A DNA stretch of 59,857 nt, filler included, from Sluysia triapertura (taxonomy: Eukaryota), in NCBI GenBank assembly GCA_046118255.1. It is 4 parts of 4 records of this genome, joined end to end, with 100 filler letters (N's around TTAATTAATTAA, not from the genome) between each part and the next. Parts side by side here need not be neighbours in the genome. Positions count along the whole stretch, not along the records: positions 20,308 to 31,062 come from JBJNIA010193880.1; positions 31,163 to 48,294 come from JBJNIA010192273.1; 2 more parts are not named here. One strand, written 5' to 3'. This document shows, piece by piece, positions 24,770 through 37,968 of this stretch (the stretch's first letter is position 1; each line of letters begins with the position of its first letter). Made by a program: the position numbers and the translations under genes. The notes beneath the pieces are model-generated. The model did not search any database. It worked only from the letters and a program-made list of their open reading frames with translations, and was not told the origin of the DNA.

Positions 24770-25779
24770 AAAATAAAGTATGAGTGATAATATCTTCTGT
24801 TCACTGACCATATGTGATGGATGTTAACTATCCATTTTTGGTCGCGAAGAGAGTGATGTTGGAACTCGTATTTTATAATTAGACTAATATTATTGTAGTA
24901 AACAATTTGTTCATTTATTCTAATATAATTAATTATTCATTTTTCTCACTTCTATAAACTTTCTGTGTATATAACATAATAAATTTTCTAAGTATTTATA
25001 TTAAGTATAATTATTAGCTTATTATTAGCTTATTTTTCTGTTCAGACAGACTTCGCCAACTTCGCTTCGTTTCACTGTACGGTCAATCTGTAGACGCTCT
25101 ATCCACAGATATTATGCTTTAACTATACCTTGTAGACAGATTTTATTTTAGTTGTCTTTATTTTTTGTTGGAAACATCCCCAACTCCTTTTCTTTCTTGC
25201 CCTATGAGCCGCACTACAATTAAGGAATTTGAAATTTACTACAAAAATATTTTTCACTGCTCATACGAATTTACCATTAAATATACTACACCAAGTTCTT
25301 CTATAATAACACAAAAACTCCACTATAGATATTTTCCAACCTGTTAATACAATAAAGGTTCATGTCTTATATAATGGATTTCGGCTGCCTAAATCTGATT
25401 ATCCACAGGGACGACAATTAAAAAAATTTTATAATAGACATTTATCTCAAGAAAGAAAAAATTATTGCTTCATAAAAAATTATTTAATTATAGTGCTATG
25501 ACACGTGAATAAAATTTTTGCTTCTTCTTTATTTTTTGTGTATTCTTTTTCCTTTTTAATTTCATTCTATTACCAGAATAACAGTTATCAAATCCCAATC
25601 AACAATACCAAATCCTCCAACGATTCATCCCAAAGCAAAACTAATTACCCAGATCAAATCTTTTTACATTTTACGTTTTACTATACAATTTTGTTCGACT
25701 CTCTAAACCTATTTTCTTTTCTGACTCCTTTTCAACTGATTGACAGTTGAAAAGTGAATTGACACAAAATATGAAGAAT

Positions 25780-26860
25780 CACCTCTTCCCACTAACCCTT
25801 GATTACCCATATGTGTATCTGCGTGGCTTATCCAACGCTCCCGATGAGTTCGACACCCTTTACATAGCGGTGATACGGGGTTGGTTAGAGTAACCCTTAC
25901 CGTCAACGACATTCCTCTTTTGTTGCAAATCGAGTGTCCCTTAACTCTTCATATTTCATCCCTGATTCGTTCCCCTCTTCTCTTGAAAAATTGTTTGCAA
26001 CAGATATTCCAAACTTTGTGCGTTGGAATAGTGGGACTTCTTTTACCAACGTTCCTATATTGTCCACTTTTGATTAGGACCGGATACTTTTCGTGGCATG
26101 TCACTGCCATCGATTTTAATAATGAACCGCAACTTGCGGGTATTGCTTTTACACTACTTAGCAAGCAATTTCATTCCGAGATACTTTCTGAGGGATACCC
26201 GATTGATTTCCTCTGAGGATTTTAAGAACGCTAAAGACATTGATAGCGTCAAATCCTATCTTTTTGGATTCTTTAAATGCCCGCTTTATTTTCCAAGCCT
26301 TAGATATCCATTTTGGCTGGATCATAAATCTTTCTATCCACAATCTCCTATCTTATACAACTACGGACGATTTCGCTAAGGCACGGCAAACGTTAAAAAT
26401 GTTGTATCCAGTTTGCCCCAATGTTGTATCCAGCTGTTGGCCACTGAAGAGCGGGATGCGACTTTTACTCCCCACTGTAAGAATCCAAGTATCCAACTAC
26501 CTTTTCTACTATTTCTTCTACTTTTCTTACTTCTCCCAAACCAGCAGACATCAACAATCCCGCATTTTCAGATATCATCATCCTCCCAGGAGTTCAATCG
26601 ACCTGCTCCAGTTCACCGAAAAAGAACTAGCACTTCTGCCTTACCACCAGTCACCGCTTCACGGTGTAAAACCAGCACGCCAGTATTATCATAATCACTC
26701 ACCACCTCATCGTACGACAATGACAATTGGTTTTGCTGTTCACCATCACGTCTCTTGCCTCCTCCATCCCGGCAACCGCGATCCGCATACGGTGCGTTTA
26801 CGGATTTCCCTTCCCCACCTGGACTTGATTTCGACGACGTGGCTTTGGATTTTTAAATTG
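25780..26860 (+). pseudogene. GC-richer, intronless, multiply frameshifted coding remnant of unknown family
   Basis: Abrupt compositional shift; chained overlapping ORFs at 25881, 26098, 26240 and 26413 ending in a Ser/Thr/Pro-rich tail. Confidence 0.45.
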
Positions 26861-27580
26861 CGATTTGCGGACAAATCTTCCCTTGGGAGAAAATATTTGT
26901 TGAGTTTATACTAACATTTTAATAACAATTTAATAATGATGATCGCATATTAAATTAATTTGATTTAATTTCATGATATTTCATCAATTTTTTATTATTG
27001 ATTTAATTTATGTAAATTATTGACTTTAATTAACTTTTGATACTTTATTTATGTTTATTATAAAAAATGTACATTATCAATATTAATTCAATTATAAATT
27101 CAATTAAAATAATAGTGGAAATAAAAAATAAAAATATTTATTAAAATGAAAACAATATTTGTTTAACTAAATCAATTTATAAAAATGGAAACCATAATAA
27201 ATAAAACTACTATATAAATAATCGATTTTTGGAATTTATTTTCAATATAATATACCAGAAAAGTTACTTTGAAATTAATCTGCAAGGAAATAATTAAAAC
27301 AAAAATTGTATCAATTGTAGATTTCTTGGAATCGCACATAATTACATGCAGAAGTAACTATGTTTTAAAGTTTACTCTAAAACCCTAATTTTAATATAAT
27401 AGGGTTCTTAAAATTCCTGCCTAAAATCATTTTATTGATTCTATACAGTAACTGACTAGGTTAAATTTTTCTATGGCTAAGCATTCGGCTTAAGTCCCTA
27501 AAATGTTTATTGTAACATTTTTTGATGTATATTTTATTGAATAAATTATAATAACTCTAAATTTTAAAATCATTCATCTT

Positions 27581-27704
27581 GGCCAAACCGTAAAAGGGCT
27601 GGTTCAACATTTAAAATATAAAACTTATTATCAGACTGTAAAAAGGCTGACTTAACGCATAAACTATTTCATACTTTGTTAGACTGTAAAAAGGCTGACT
27701 TAAA
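27581..27704 (+). repeat. Three hairpin-forming repeats with an exact 48-nt period
   Basis: AAACCGTAAAAGGGCTGGTTCAAC (27585), AGACTGTAAAAAGGCTGACTTAAC (27633), AGACTGTAAAAAGGCTGACTTAAA (27681). Confidence 0.85.
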
Positions 27705-30700
27705 TTATAAACTTACGCAATCATAACGTTAATTTTTATAGTGGTTAACAGTTTAGAATAAGGGCAGCATACATTCACTACACAAGCACATAAATTTATT
27801 TTTCGTTTGCAAATCTTATTAGAATGTCGTCACTCAGATATAAAACGTGTCTAATTAGTCGCACTAACCTTCAGAAAATTTATTTTGATAGTTAGGTTTC
27901 TTTTAAGTTAAAACCACAGTATTATGATGCCTTATTCTTATAATAATTGTCAGAATTAATTTTTTGGACAATATAAGAAAATGTTAAAAAATATAATTTT
28001 AAATGTGACAAATTTCAAGATAATTGTATTGTTATATACATTAAGATTCAAGTTGTGGAATAAATTTTATAAAGTTAAAATTGCAAGCTTAAACGAAATA
28101 AAGACCTATTTAAGACACAAGTTTTTTTAAACACAAAACTATATATAAAAAATACGTTTAACAAAGTTGATTATAACAAAAAGTGATTATAAATATTATT
28201 TTATATTATTTTACTCAAAGGTTTGCCGCTGAATTCTCTTTCTTGTCAATTAAATCAAATATAATTAAGCTTCAATTCAAAAACCTTATATACTATTTGT
28301 AGTTATAAATTCCAATAGTATTTCCATAATTCCATAAGAGTTATTTCAATATTAATGTCAATTATATAGTTGATATTTATTTTAGTAATTCCAATTTTAC
28401 TATACTATAAATTTCAATAGGAATATACACATTCTATAGTTATTCTATAACTTATTTTATTCAATAAATTATTCTACACTGAATTTAATTTAATATAATA
28501 CCTTATGTAATAATTTGGTTTGTAGTTTTTATTTTTTATTTCTTTTAAATTTTTTATTATAAAAATTAATAAAACAAATTATTTATATAATATAAAAACA
28601 GAATATGACATTATGGTGTATCAGTTTTGATGAAAACAGATGAAAAACTGATTATTGTGTGATTATTTCCTTTTTAATTAGTTTTACATCATTGATGTGT
28701 AATGGATTCAATTATATCAGTATTTATCAGTGTAGTATATATTCCATTTAAAAGCAGAATTATAAATTTATTATTAAATATTGGTTATGAAATTTTAATG
28801 TAAAGTATAAAATCAAAATTTGCTTATTTTTTTAAGGAAATCTAAATGTTAAACATATGTTTATTTAATCATTACTATTTAGACTTTTCTAAAATGGAAA
28901 TATACAAAATAATTTTAAAAAACAAATTTAGAAACTTAGAAATCTTATCATTTTGTGCGATTGTGAGATTAAGATACTACAATGACTTGCATACAGATCA
29001 TATTGCAGTTTGAAACCACATTTTATCTGTACAATATTAATTATACTCTTGCTTTTGTACATCATTCATTATTCTATGTTAAGTTACTACATTAATAATG
29101 ATAAATATATAGGCTTTTCTTTTGAATTTCATAAATGCATCACAGCTTTTATAAATATCAGAATATTTCACCAATATAATATTCAGAATCTTAAACTTTT
29201 GACCCAATACCATAGCGATGTAAAAGTTGCATTTCTATTTGGGAAAAATTGAATGTAACATGCATCTCTCAAGTTTTTCCACATCGTTTTAGCTTATATT
29301 ATAAACTCAAGTACTGATTGATATAGCTTGTTAATATAGCCTAAATTATTCTAAAATATTGCCGTATGTACTGACACCATCGCATAATATAACAATACTC
29401 ACATCAAAATTGATTTAGACTAGTAAAAGTATGACAAATTATTACATCACAAGACATTTCGGATGTTTACGAAATATTTTTTTAATAATGCAAATAGTAA
29501 ATTTAATGCGATACCAATTTTAATGATACATCGTATATAAGAAGTTTTAATTATGAAATTTTGAAGTTTAAGGGTTAATTTGAGGACGTTTGTGTTAGTT
29601 TGTCATTGCAACCCTCTAAAATCATTTAAAATTGATATTTTCCAAAACAAACTTATTTTCTAAAAAAGAAAACTGATTTCTAAAAATACAAAAAGAAGCT
29701 TTTAGAATTCTATTCGTTTTGGATTGGCTGTTGGCTCATATAAATAAATGCAATTGAATCACAAAGACGCCATTGTTATATTACAATAATTTTAGTTGTA
29801 ATTTTAGGCACAATAATATTCATCAAGTCAAAATCTTAGCCATATTGGTTTTTCTTAAAATAGGTTACAGCAACTATTTGGAATAGCCGATAATAATATC
29901 GTTCACTTTTGGCACCATTAACCGGAATTTGTCCTCGCTATATTTGGTAGATGTTTATTTAAATAATATTTATTGAAATTAATTATTAGTAGATATTAAA
30001 ATTTACTATTAATGAAATTTTTTTATAAATTATATATTTCAAACTAGAATTAATAAAAAAAGAAAGTAGTAAAAACGCACTAAAAGACATTTATTAAACA
30101 TGTAAGCTAAATCTATAATAATTGTTCTTAAATACGCATGTGATGTTAGTTTATTACATATGATTTTAATAAAATAATGATATATTTCTGAATATCTTGA
30201 AAATCCGACTTTATAAGAACTAAAACAACAATCGACTTATAGGACTACATAATCTTTATAAAATTATAAGCTTTCTGTATTTTAAGTATTCGACCTCACT
30301 TCACTATTTTGCATTTCAATTCTCGGATCACAGGCGAATTCTTAAATTATTCAAAATCAATTGTGATTGTAGGCTTTTTCCTAGGAAACCACATCGGCAG
30401 AAATTAATGCAAATAAAATATTAATAAATTTAAGTCTAAATATTTATTTTATGGTAAATGTTAGCACTGATAAACTTTATGACAATGATAGTCGAAAAAT
30501 GATGAAATAAAAGTTTAGAGAAGGTTTTAGATCTAAGAGCTATTATCTAATTTTAAATGTATTTTTTATCTGTTAAGAGTGATTGGGTATACTTATGTAC
30601 TCATTACAACTATTGTATAATATTATTTGTTATAAAATTTACTCTTTTATAATTATTGTAATTAAGTATTGTAAATTTTCATTTTTTCATTCAGCTTTAC

Positions 30701-30821
30701 AATCAAATGTCAATATGTTTAACGCTTATTTGCGAGGAAAAAATTATTCTTACAAATCAGCTACTTCTAATGTTCTTCCTGGACATATCATTCATATTGT
30801 AGATTTTTCTACCCTAAAGTA

Positions 30822-30830
30822 TATTATTAC

Positions 30831-30887
<57 letters not shown>

Positions 30888-30974
30888 TATTATTATTACT
30901 ATTAATTGTGATATTTATTTTACTTGTACTTCTGTGTATTTACGTATTTATTTGTTTAAAAATATTTATTTTAA

Positions 30975-31021
<47 letters not shown>

Positions 31022-31036
31022 GTTACTATTATTATT
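30822..31036. repeat. Two (ATT)n microsatellite tracts
   Basis: Read directly from the sequence. Confidence 0.9.
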
Positions 31037-31062
31037 AAATTATTCAGATAATTATACATTTT

Positions 31063-31162
31063 NNNNNNNNNNNNNNNNNNNNNNNNNNNNNNNNNNNNNN
31101 NNNNNNTTAATTAATTAANNNNNNNNNNNNNNNNNNNNNNNNNNNNNNNNNNNNNNNNNNNN
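31063..31162. other. Artificial contig-join spacer
   Basis: 44 N + TTAATTAATTAA + 44 N. Confidence 0.97.
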
Positions 31163-31279
31163 ATATTATACATTTTTTTATATTTATAAATTGTACTTAT
31201 GTTAAAAATAAAAAAATATTACGATATTATTTTTATTCTCTATGAAAATTTTTGTTGATACTTTCCCCTCCTTCAGAGT

Positions 31280-31316
31280 TGTCCCGCTTTGCCCATCTAA
31301 AAATCTGGTCACCTTA
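31280..31316. mobile_element. hAT-Tip100-like terminal remnant
   Basis: TGTCCCGC...AAATCTGGTCACCTTA matches the TAGGGTGACCAGAT-type TIR. Confidence 0.45.
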
Positions 31317-34300
31317 CCCAAATCTTGCATTCTTGATCTATCTTTTTGATCTAAATTTTTAGTTGGATATTTTCTTGAAGTTTATTTGTATATTTTGTTC
31401 TTAACCTTATAATATTACTTGAATTAAAAGCCAGCCTATGGCCTGACAAACTAATTTGTGTTAATATACGTTAATATAAAATTTGATTTTGACTTCTAAG
31501 TTTTTAAATTTTTATGCGTTATCTCTTTAATTTTATTTTATCAAATCGTTATTAAATTTAAACATGTCTGGGTACTATTTTATACTCTAAAAATTTTAGT
31601 TCTGTATCATTAATTCAAATCTCTTTATGAAATTTATAGTTATTCTGAACTTCAATTAATATTATCACTTTATATTGAACTTAACTGGAGGTGTGAATCA
31701 CTCTACTCGTCCTCGCTATTCAGGATAGAAGAGCTTTATAATCTATCAATAATAGTTATACGGTTATACGCTAATCAATCTTCTAAAATAGGTATTTAAG
31801 TTTCAATTTACTTATAATTTATGATTATTTAACTCAGAGTCTCCTACTGCAGTTTAATATCCTATGTTCAATGCAATTTCTTATACGCATATTTATTTAA
31901 TTTTAGAAAAACTAAACTAACTAATAAATAGGTTATTGAAATAAATAAACAAATTTTCAAATAACAAACTTTATAATATATAAAATTTCAATATTAATGT
32001 TAATAAACATAAAAAGTCAATGAAAGGAAAAACTTACAAATGTAATATTTGAATAAAATTGTCCGTGAAATTGTTAATAGAATGGTTCGTGACAAATTTG
32101 TTTCACTGCAATAACAAAGTTTTTTCCTAGTATTCTTCTTTTCTTTTTCCAAATGAATATAATTTTTTTGTGCGTATGTCCGTAATATTGTTAATATAAT
32201 AATTTCAATTTTTATTTGTAATATAATTTAATCGTTATAATTTCAATTTTTATACATAATTNNNNNNNNNNNNNNNNNNNNNNNNNNNNNNNNNNNNNNN
32301 NNNNNNNNNNNNNNNNNNNNNNNNNNNNNNNNNNNNNNNNNNNNNNNNNNNNNNNNNNNNNNNNNNNNNNNNNNNNNNNNNNNNNNNNNNNNNNNNNNNN
32401 NNNNNNNNNCTTTTATTTATAAAATATTAATCAATTAATAAATTAAACTAATAAATTATAATTAAATATTATGTTAAATATCACTTTTCTTCATGAAATT
32501 GAGTACAATACACCATTATTAAAATCTATGTTGATAGTTATCAATGAATGATTAAGCTTATCTTTTTCTTTATTAATAAATTTTCAAATATTCGATATTT
32601 TATTTAATTGATATTTACACTTTTTAACAATACAATTAATATTTTCTTTTGCGTTCATTTGTGAATCCATATAACAACCTATATTTTGTACTTTTTGTGT
32701 CTTTCTTCATTTCATTTATTTATTGTCGCTATTTTTATTACTGAAGATTATAAAATATTTCTATGTAAAAACTCCAAAAAAATTTTCAATTCATTTATAA
32801 ATAAATTATTTTAAAATTGTGTCATAGTTTACATTATTATTAATTTTTTAAATAAATAAAAATCAATTTCCAAAATGTTATCTTTTATGAGTAAATCTGA
32901 TTCTTTTTTCTCAAAACATAGCAAATTATATGAGCGATTTACTGTTGGAGAGTCTGTCATAATGAATACTTTTTCATTTAGTATATTAAATTTTTTCTTA
33001 TTTAATTCTTTTAAATTTAATAATAATTTAATTTTTGTTTAAAAATTTTCATTAACTTTGAATTAATTAATCAATAAAAAATAATAGATACAAATTTATC
33101 AAAAAAATTCAATTAACAAATGAAAAAATCGAAATTCGACATTGATCTGAATAAAAACTGAAATGTAACGAAAAAGAAACGATTTTATTGTCAATTGTTT
33201 TTTAATCTTCTTTGTCATTAAAATTGTTTTATTTAGTGTTTTAATAAATAACACAAAAAGTCAATCAAATTTTCTGTTTCGAGAAAATAAAATAACATTT
33301 CAAATATTTGATTTAAGTTATTCATTTTATTAAATTTATATTATTGATTAATTTATATTTGACAAATTTTTGAAAAATATTCATTTTATCTACTCATTTC
33401 AATAAGTAGATAATTTATTATTTTTATCTACTTTTAATTATCAGTAGATAAATTTTGTAAATTAATTTTTCATCTGTTTTCTTACGAAATTATTGTAAAA
33501 TAATTATTTTTTGTTTGTAAATAATATATTATTTATTTCACTAAACAATTCTTCTTCTAGAATCCTAAATCCATTTATAAATTGACAAGTACAATCATAT
33601 TCCATATTATAATTTATAGTTTGAAACTCAATTTAGTCAGCAGTTAAATAATATTATGGTTAATAAAAAATAAATATCTAGAAATAATTCTCAAGAATTA
33701 TCTGGCTGATATTTAAAAATAACTATTACTATTTCATAATATTAGTTTCTAATACTAATAATAATATTATAATTATTATTTTGCATTCACAAAAAATTTA
33801 TAATCACAAAATTATTTTGCATTTGGGTATACTACATGTAAACAAACTTTTATAAAAAATTGTTTTGGAAATTTTTCATTTTTACACGCAATTAATCTTA
33901 CTTAATATGTTATTTATGATTTTTGAACTCTATTTTTTATTTACATTATCTGTTTTAACTTTGTTTAGGGTTATTCATTTTTATTTAATTTTTACTTTTT
34001 TTGGTTTTATTTTATAGTTAAGTTACCTTATTGTCTTAGGGATAAGGGTATTATCATAAGGATAAATACTTTGNNNNNNNNNNNNNNNNNNNNNNNNNNN
34101 NNNNNNNNNNNNNNNNNNNNNNNNNNNNNNNNNNNNNNNNNNNNNNNNNNNNNNNNNNNNNNNNNNNNNNNNNNNNNNNNNNNNNNNNNNNNNNNNNNNN
34201 NNNNNTATAATTAAAATTTATTCATTTATGTATTTCAAAAATATAATTTAATATGATAATATAATAATTATTATTATTATTATTTTAATCATTTTATAAA

Positions 34301-35069
34301 AAGATTATTAAAAGCAAGTTCAATTTTTGTTGTCAGTTTCTGGACAAAAATCAATATTCGATTTTTAAACTGAGAAATATGCCCTAATACCCAATAAAAA
34401 ATTAAAACCACAGAAATCATTTAATTCTCTCTTTTATTTTTCACTTTTTTTCTATTTAAATGAAGTTGTTTTTAAAAAAATTATCCATCATATATTTGAT
34501 TTTTTCTCGTGTAAAAACTATGAATAATTTCTTTTTTTGAAAAAAATACTTCTCATCGTTTTATCGTTTAATTTCATTTTATTTATTTATTTATTTATTT
34601 TGTTTCTTGATTGTTGCCTTTTTTGGTTATTTGTTTGTCTTCAGAATTTAGAAAATGATAACAAAATTGGTCACTTTTGGTTTTTATTTTAATTTTACAA
34701 CCATTTTGTATTTTTGTTCACTTTTGAATCAAATTTGATTAAGTTTTATTTCATTTCTAGTCATTTCAGATTTATTTATTTACTCCATCAAAGAGAAATT
34801 ATTTATGTCATAGAAATTATTAAGTCCATATCTAGAAATGACATTCTAGAAATATGTATATCAATCTTCATATTTATTACTTTTTCTCCATAATTTTAAT
34901 GAAAATGTTTTGAATATCTCAGATGATTCGAAAAAAACTTCAATTTAATGTATAAATGAATACTTTTATGGCTTCCACTTTTCTTCTGTACTTTCGATTG
35001 AAAATTGATATTTTTTACTATGATTGTTATCATACACTCTACACTTATTATAATTATTATTATTGTTGT

Positions 35070-35512
35070 TGAGTTGGTACATAAATTCGTGGGTTTTTAT
35101 TTGTTGGTTTTAACTGATTTGATTTATATTCATTTTAGACTAACTTTCATTTTCATTACACTCATTAAAGTGATGTGTCAGGTATCTACTCCTTTTCTAT
35201 TTTATTCAACATTTAAACGCTGCAGAAATCATCAAAATGATTCGTTGCGTTTATTGAGAAAAGGCATTCAGTGAACGAGCAGCACAAAAGTGGTTTTCGA
35301 AATTTAACAGTGGAAATTTTGATTTAAACGATACAACTCGATCAGACCGACCTAGAGACTTTGATGAAAACTGTTTGAACAAATTGGTTCATGATGTTTT
35401 TTTCTAATGATTTAACAAATAGATTTTGTTTTTGGGAGTTTTTTGCATGGTCTTAATCAGTATTCATTTTTCATAATTGTAAAAAACGGCAAACTTTTAC
35501 AACAGCCTATTA
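35070..35512 (+). mobile_element. Deleted mariner, same family as 14066
   Basis: TIR TTGGTACATAAATTCGTGGGTTTT; YLLLFYFIQHLNAAE...SERAAQKWFSKFNSGNFDLNDTTRSDRP (HTH region); shares the TTCATAATTGTAAAAAAC right end. Confidence 0.9.
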
Positions 35513-35839
35513 TTATTATCCTCATTATTATACGTGGAGAATAAAGCTTAAGACAAATATTGGTGAGTTCACCAACGTATTGGGCTTACTAACTGAATGG
35601 CCAACCTTTGGATTTTTTGACTTAAAAGTGGAAGTTAAAAAGGTTATTCCAAGACTAATCAATTTAATGTTCTATTTAATAATCAACAATAAAGTTAAAC
35701 TGATTCAAAAGGCTATTAATTTAATGCTTTTCTCAAAATATTTAATAATTTAACAATAATAATAAATTAACAATTAATATTTTTTGGGGACAAATAATTT
35801 TAGTATTGATTTTAAAAGATTTTAAAAATATAATAATAA

Positions 35840-36245
35840 GGATTTTTCTCTGGTTTGAATATACAAACCTTTCAATTATTTATTGATTTTACTTAGGTTC
35901 AGTATAAATGAACCTTTGACGAAGTTTATGGAATTTTACTTAGGTTCTCTCAGGAACCTGATCAATTATTTTTAAAAAATGAATACACAAAATTGAAAAT
36001 TTTATTAGTACAATTTAATTCAGATAAAAATTATATTACAATGGGACAATAATCTATACAATAAAAATAATATATAATTTAGAAAAGATTATTAATTTAA
36101 TAATCTTAATAGAAATTTTAATTAGGATTTTCCTCAGCTATCTATAAATGATAGCTTTAATGATTAACAATTAGAATTTGAGTTAATTTTACAAAGGCAA
36201 CTTCTAAATGTTGCAAAAAACTTATAAGTAAAAACTAACGGTAAC
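35840..36245 (-). repeat. Dispersed repeat, copy B, with stem-loop/AGTAAAAT array
   Basis: Minus strand: GCAAC/GTTGC, AGCTATC/GATAGCT, GGTTC/GAACC-ta-AGTAAAAT twice, GGTTTG/CAAACC-ag-AGAAAAATC; collinear with 6345-6752. Confidence 0.8.
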
Positions 36246-36760
36246 AATAAACAAATCGAATATGATTTCTTATGCTTGAATAGCTGAAAGCGTTATCTCG
36301 TGGTAACATTAAACTGACAATCGAAGATCGAAGATAATCTCTTGTACTTGAGTAGCTGAAGGCGTTATCTCAGGTTTAAATAAAGAATTGGAAATGGTAT
36401 CTCACGAAAATTAACTAACTGTTTTGCAAGTTATGTGAATGTCAAAGAAAAGTCAAGCTATTTATACTTATTTTCTGTAGGTCAAGATACGCTTATTAAA
36501 ACAAAGTAATTTTAATAACAATAATTTTAATAATAATATTAATAATTTTAGTAATAATTTAAATAAGAAAATATTTAATAATAATTTTAATAACAATTAA
36601 TTTTAATAAGAATTTTAATAATATAATAATATTAACAAATAATAAAATTAAATATAATATTAAAAATAATAAAACAAACCTGGAAGATGATTTGAAAGCA
36701 TTAATTGAAAGTATTAAAACATTAATATTAAATAACAAAAGTTTAATTTTAAAATATTTA

Positions 36761-36871
36761 ATTAATACTAAATGATGTTTATATTTATATGATTATTAAT
36801 ACTAAATGATGTTTATATTTATGTGATTAGATGAATGAGATGACTAATTTTAACTAGACTAATTTTAACTA
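36761..36871. repeat. Short tandem duplications (2 x 34 nt; 2 x 15 nt)
   Basis: ATTAATACTAAATGATGTTTATATTTATRTGATT twice; GACTAATTTTAACTA twice. Confidence 0.85.
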
Positions 36872-37360
36872 ATTTTACAATTAAATGAGGAAGAGGCCAA
36901 AAATTATCAATAACTGATGGAACATTGCCTTTTAAGATTCGAAAGCTGAATAGAAAACGATTATACCAAAATCTTTAATAACACAATTCTGTGAGAACTA
37001 AATTTTTAATAATCTAACTGCGTAAATTTAAGTTATTTATTGTTTTGTGCTTTATTTTATTATCATTTATTTTTATTCTAATTATCATTTATTTTATCTT
37101 AATTTTCATATTAATTATTATAAATATTTTGCTATCGAATTATTAATTATTATTTTTATAAAGATAAAGATAAATTAATAAAAAATGTTAAAAGAATTAA
37201 AATAAAATAAAAAAATTAATAAATAAATTATATTTTAAATATTTATTTAAAAATTTTTTAAAAGAATTAATTTAAAATAAATTAAATTAAAAAATTATTG
37301 TTTAAATGATCTGTTTCGTTAAATTCATTTAAATGCGTTTTTTATTCAAAAAGAAAAACA

Positions 37361-37412
37361 AATGTGGCGGCTAAAATTTAATATATTAGTACTGAGTTTT
37401 AGCAGCCATATT
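37361..37412 (+). ncRNA. Pre-miRNA-like hairpin candidate
   Basis: AATGTGGCGGCTAAAATTTAATA / TACTGAGTTTTAGCAGCCATATT, about 21 of 23 positions paired, three G-U pairs that form only on the + strand. Confidence 0.4.
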
Positions 37413-37968
37413 AACACTAAATTTTAATCATCATATGATAAATCAAAGTAAAACTTTTTTTAAGTTTATTGTTCTGGGAGAATTTAAAATTTACTTAAAA
37501 TCAAATTGTTTATCTTAGACCTTAAAAGCTAAGTTAACTTGAATATAAAATCACTCCGCTAAAAAATTTAAGCGGTACAATCATTATTATTATTATTATT
37601 ATACTTAGTATTTTGTTCTTTGTTGTTTTCTAAGCAATTGTATAATCTTTGTTTTTAGTAAAAATTTATTACATAATTCTTACATTGTGCTATGTTAACA
37701 TTTAAATTTAATTCATATTTTGCTAGACTGGCTTAAAATACTAGTATACATTTAAATGATTAAAGTTATTGTTCTGTATAAATTGTGCATTCAATAGATG
37801 TCCCAGCTCACCAATTTATTAAGTATCTAAGCTATTACGTGACTAAATTTAAAATCCCAATAGGACGCCTTCTTCTTAGATTTAAGTCTTGCTTATTTAG
37901 CGAATTCACCTCCAGAATCATTTTGTAAGTGTAAGTTTAAGCTTTTATCGATAAAACACTTGCAATTA

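Noticed and set aside
24857-25175. Confirmed LTR
   Set aside because: PPT-like tract and TGTT...AACA ends are present, but I found no second copy or PBS in the window; kept only as a hint
27585-27704. CRISPR array
   Set aside because: Only three imperfect units, AT-rich partly similar spacers, no cas genes, eukaryotic context
30583-31038. 151-aa poly-Ile/poly-Tyr ORF (also 8664-8909, 50207-50431)
   Set aside because: Produced by (ATT)n microsatellites
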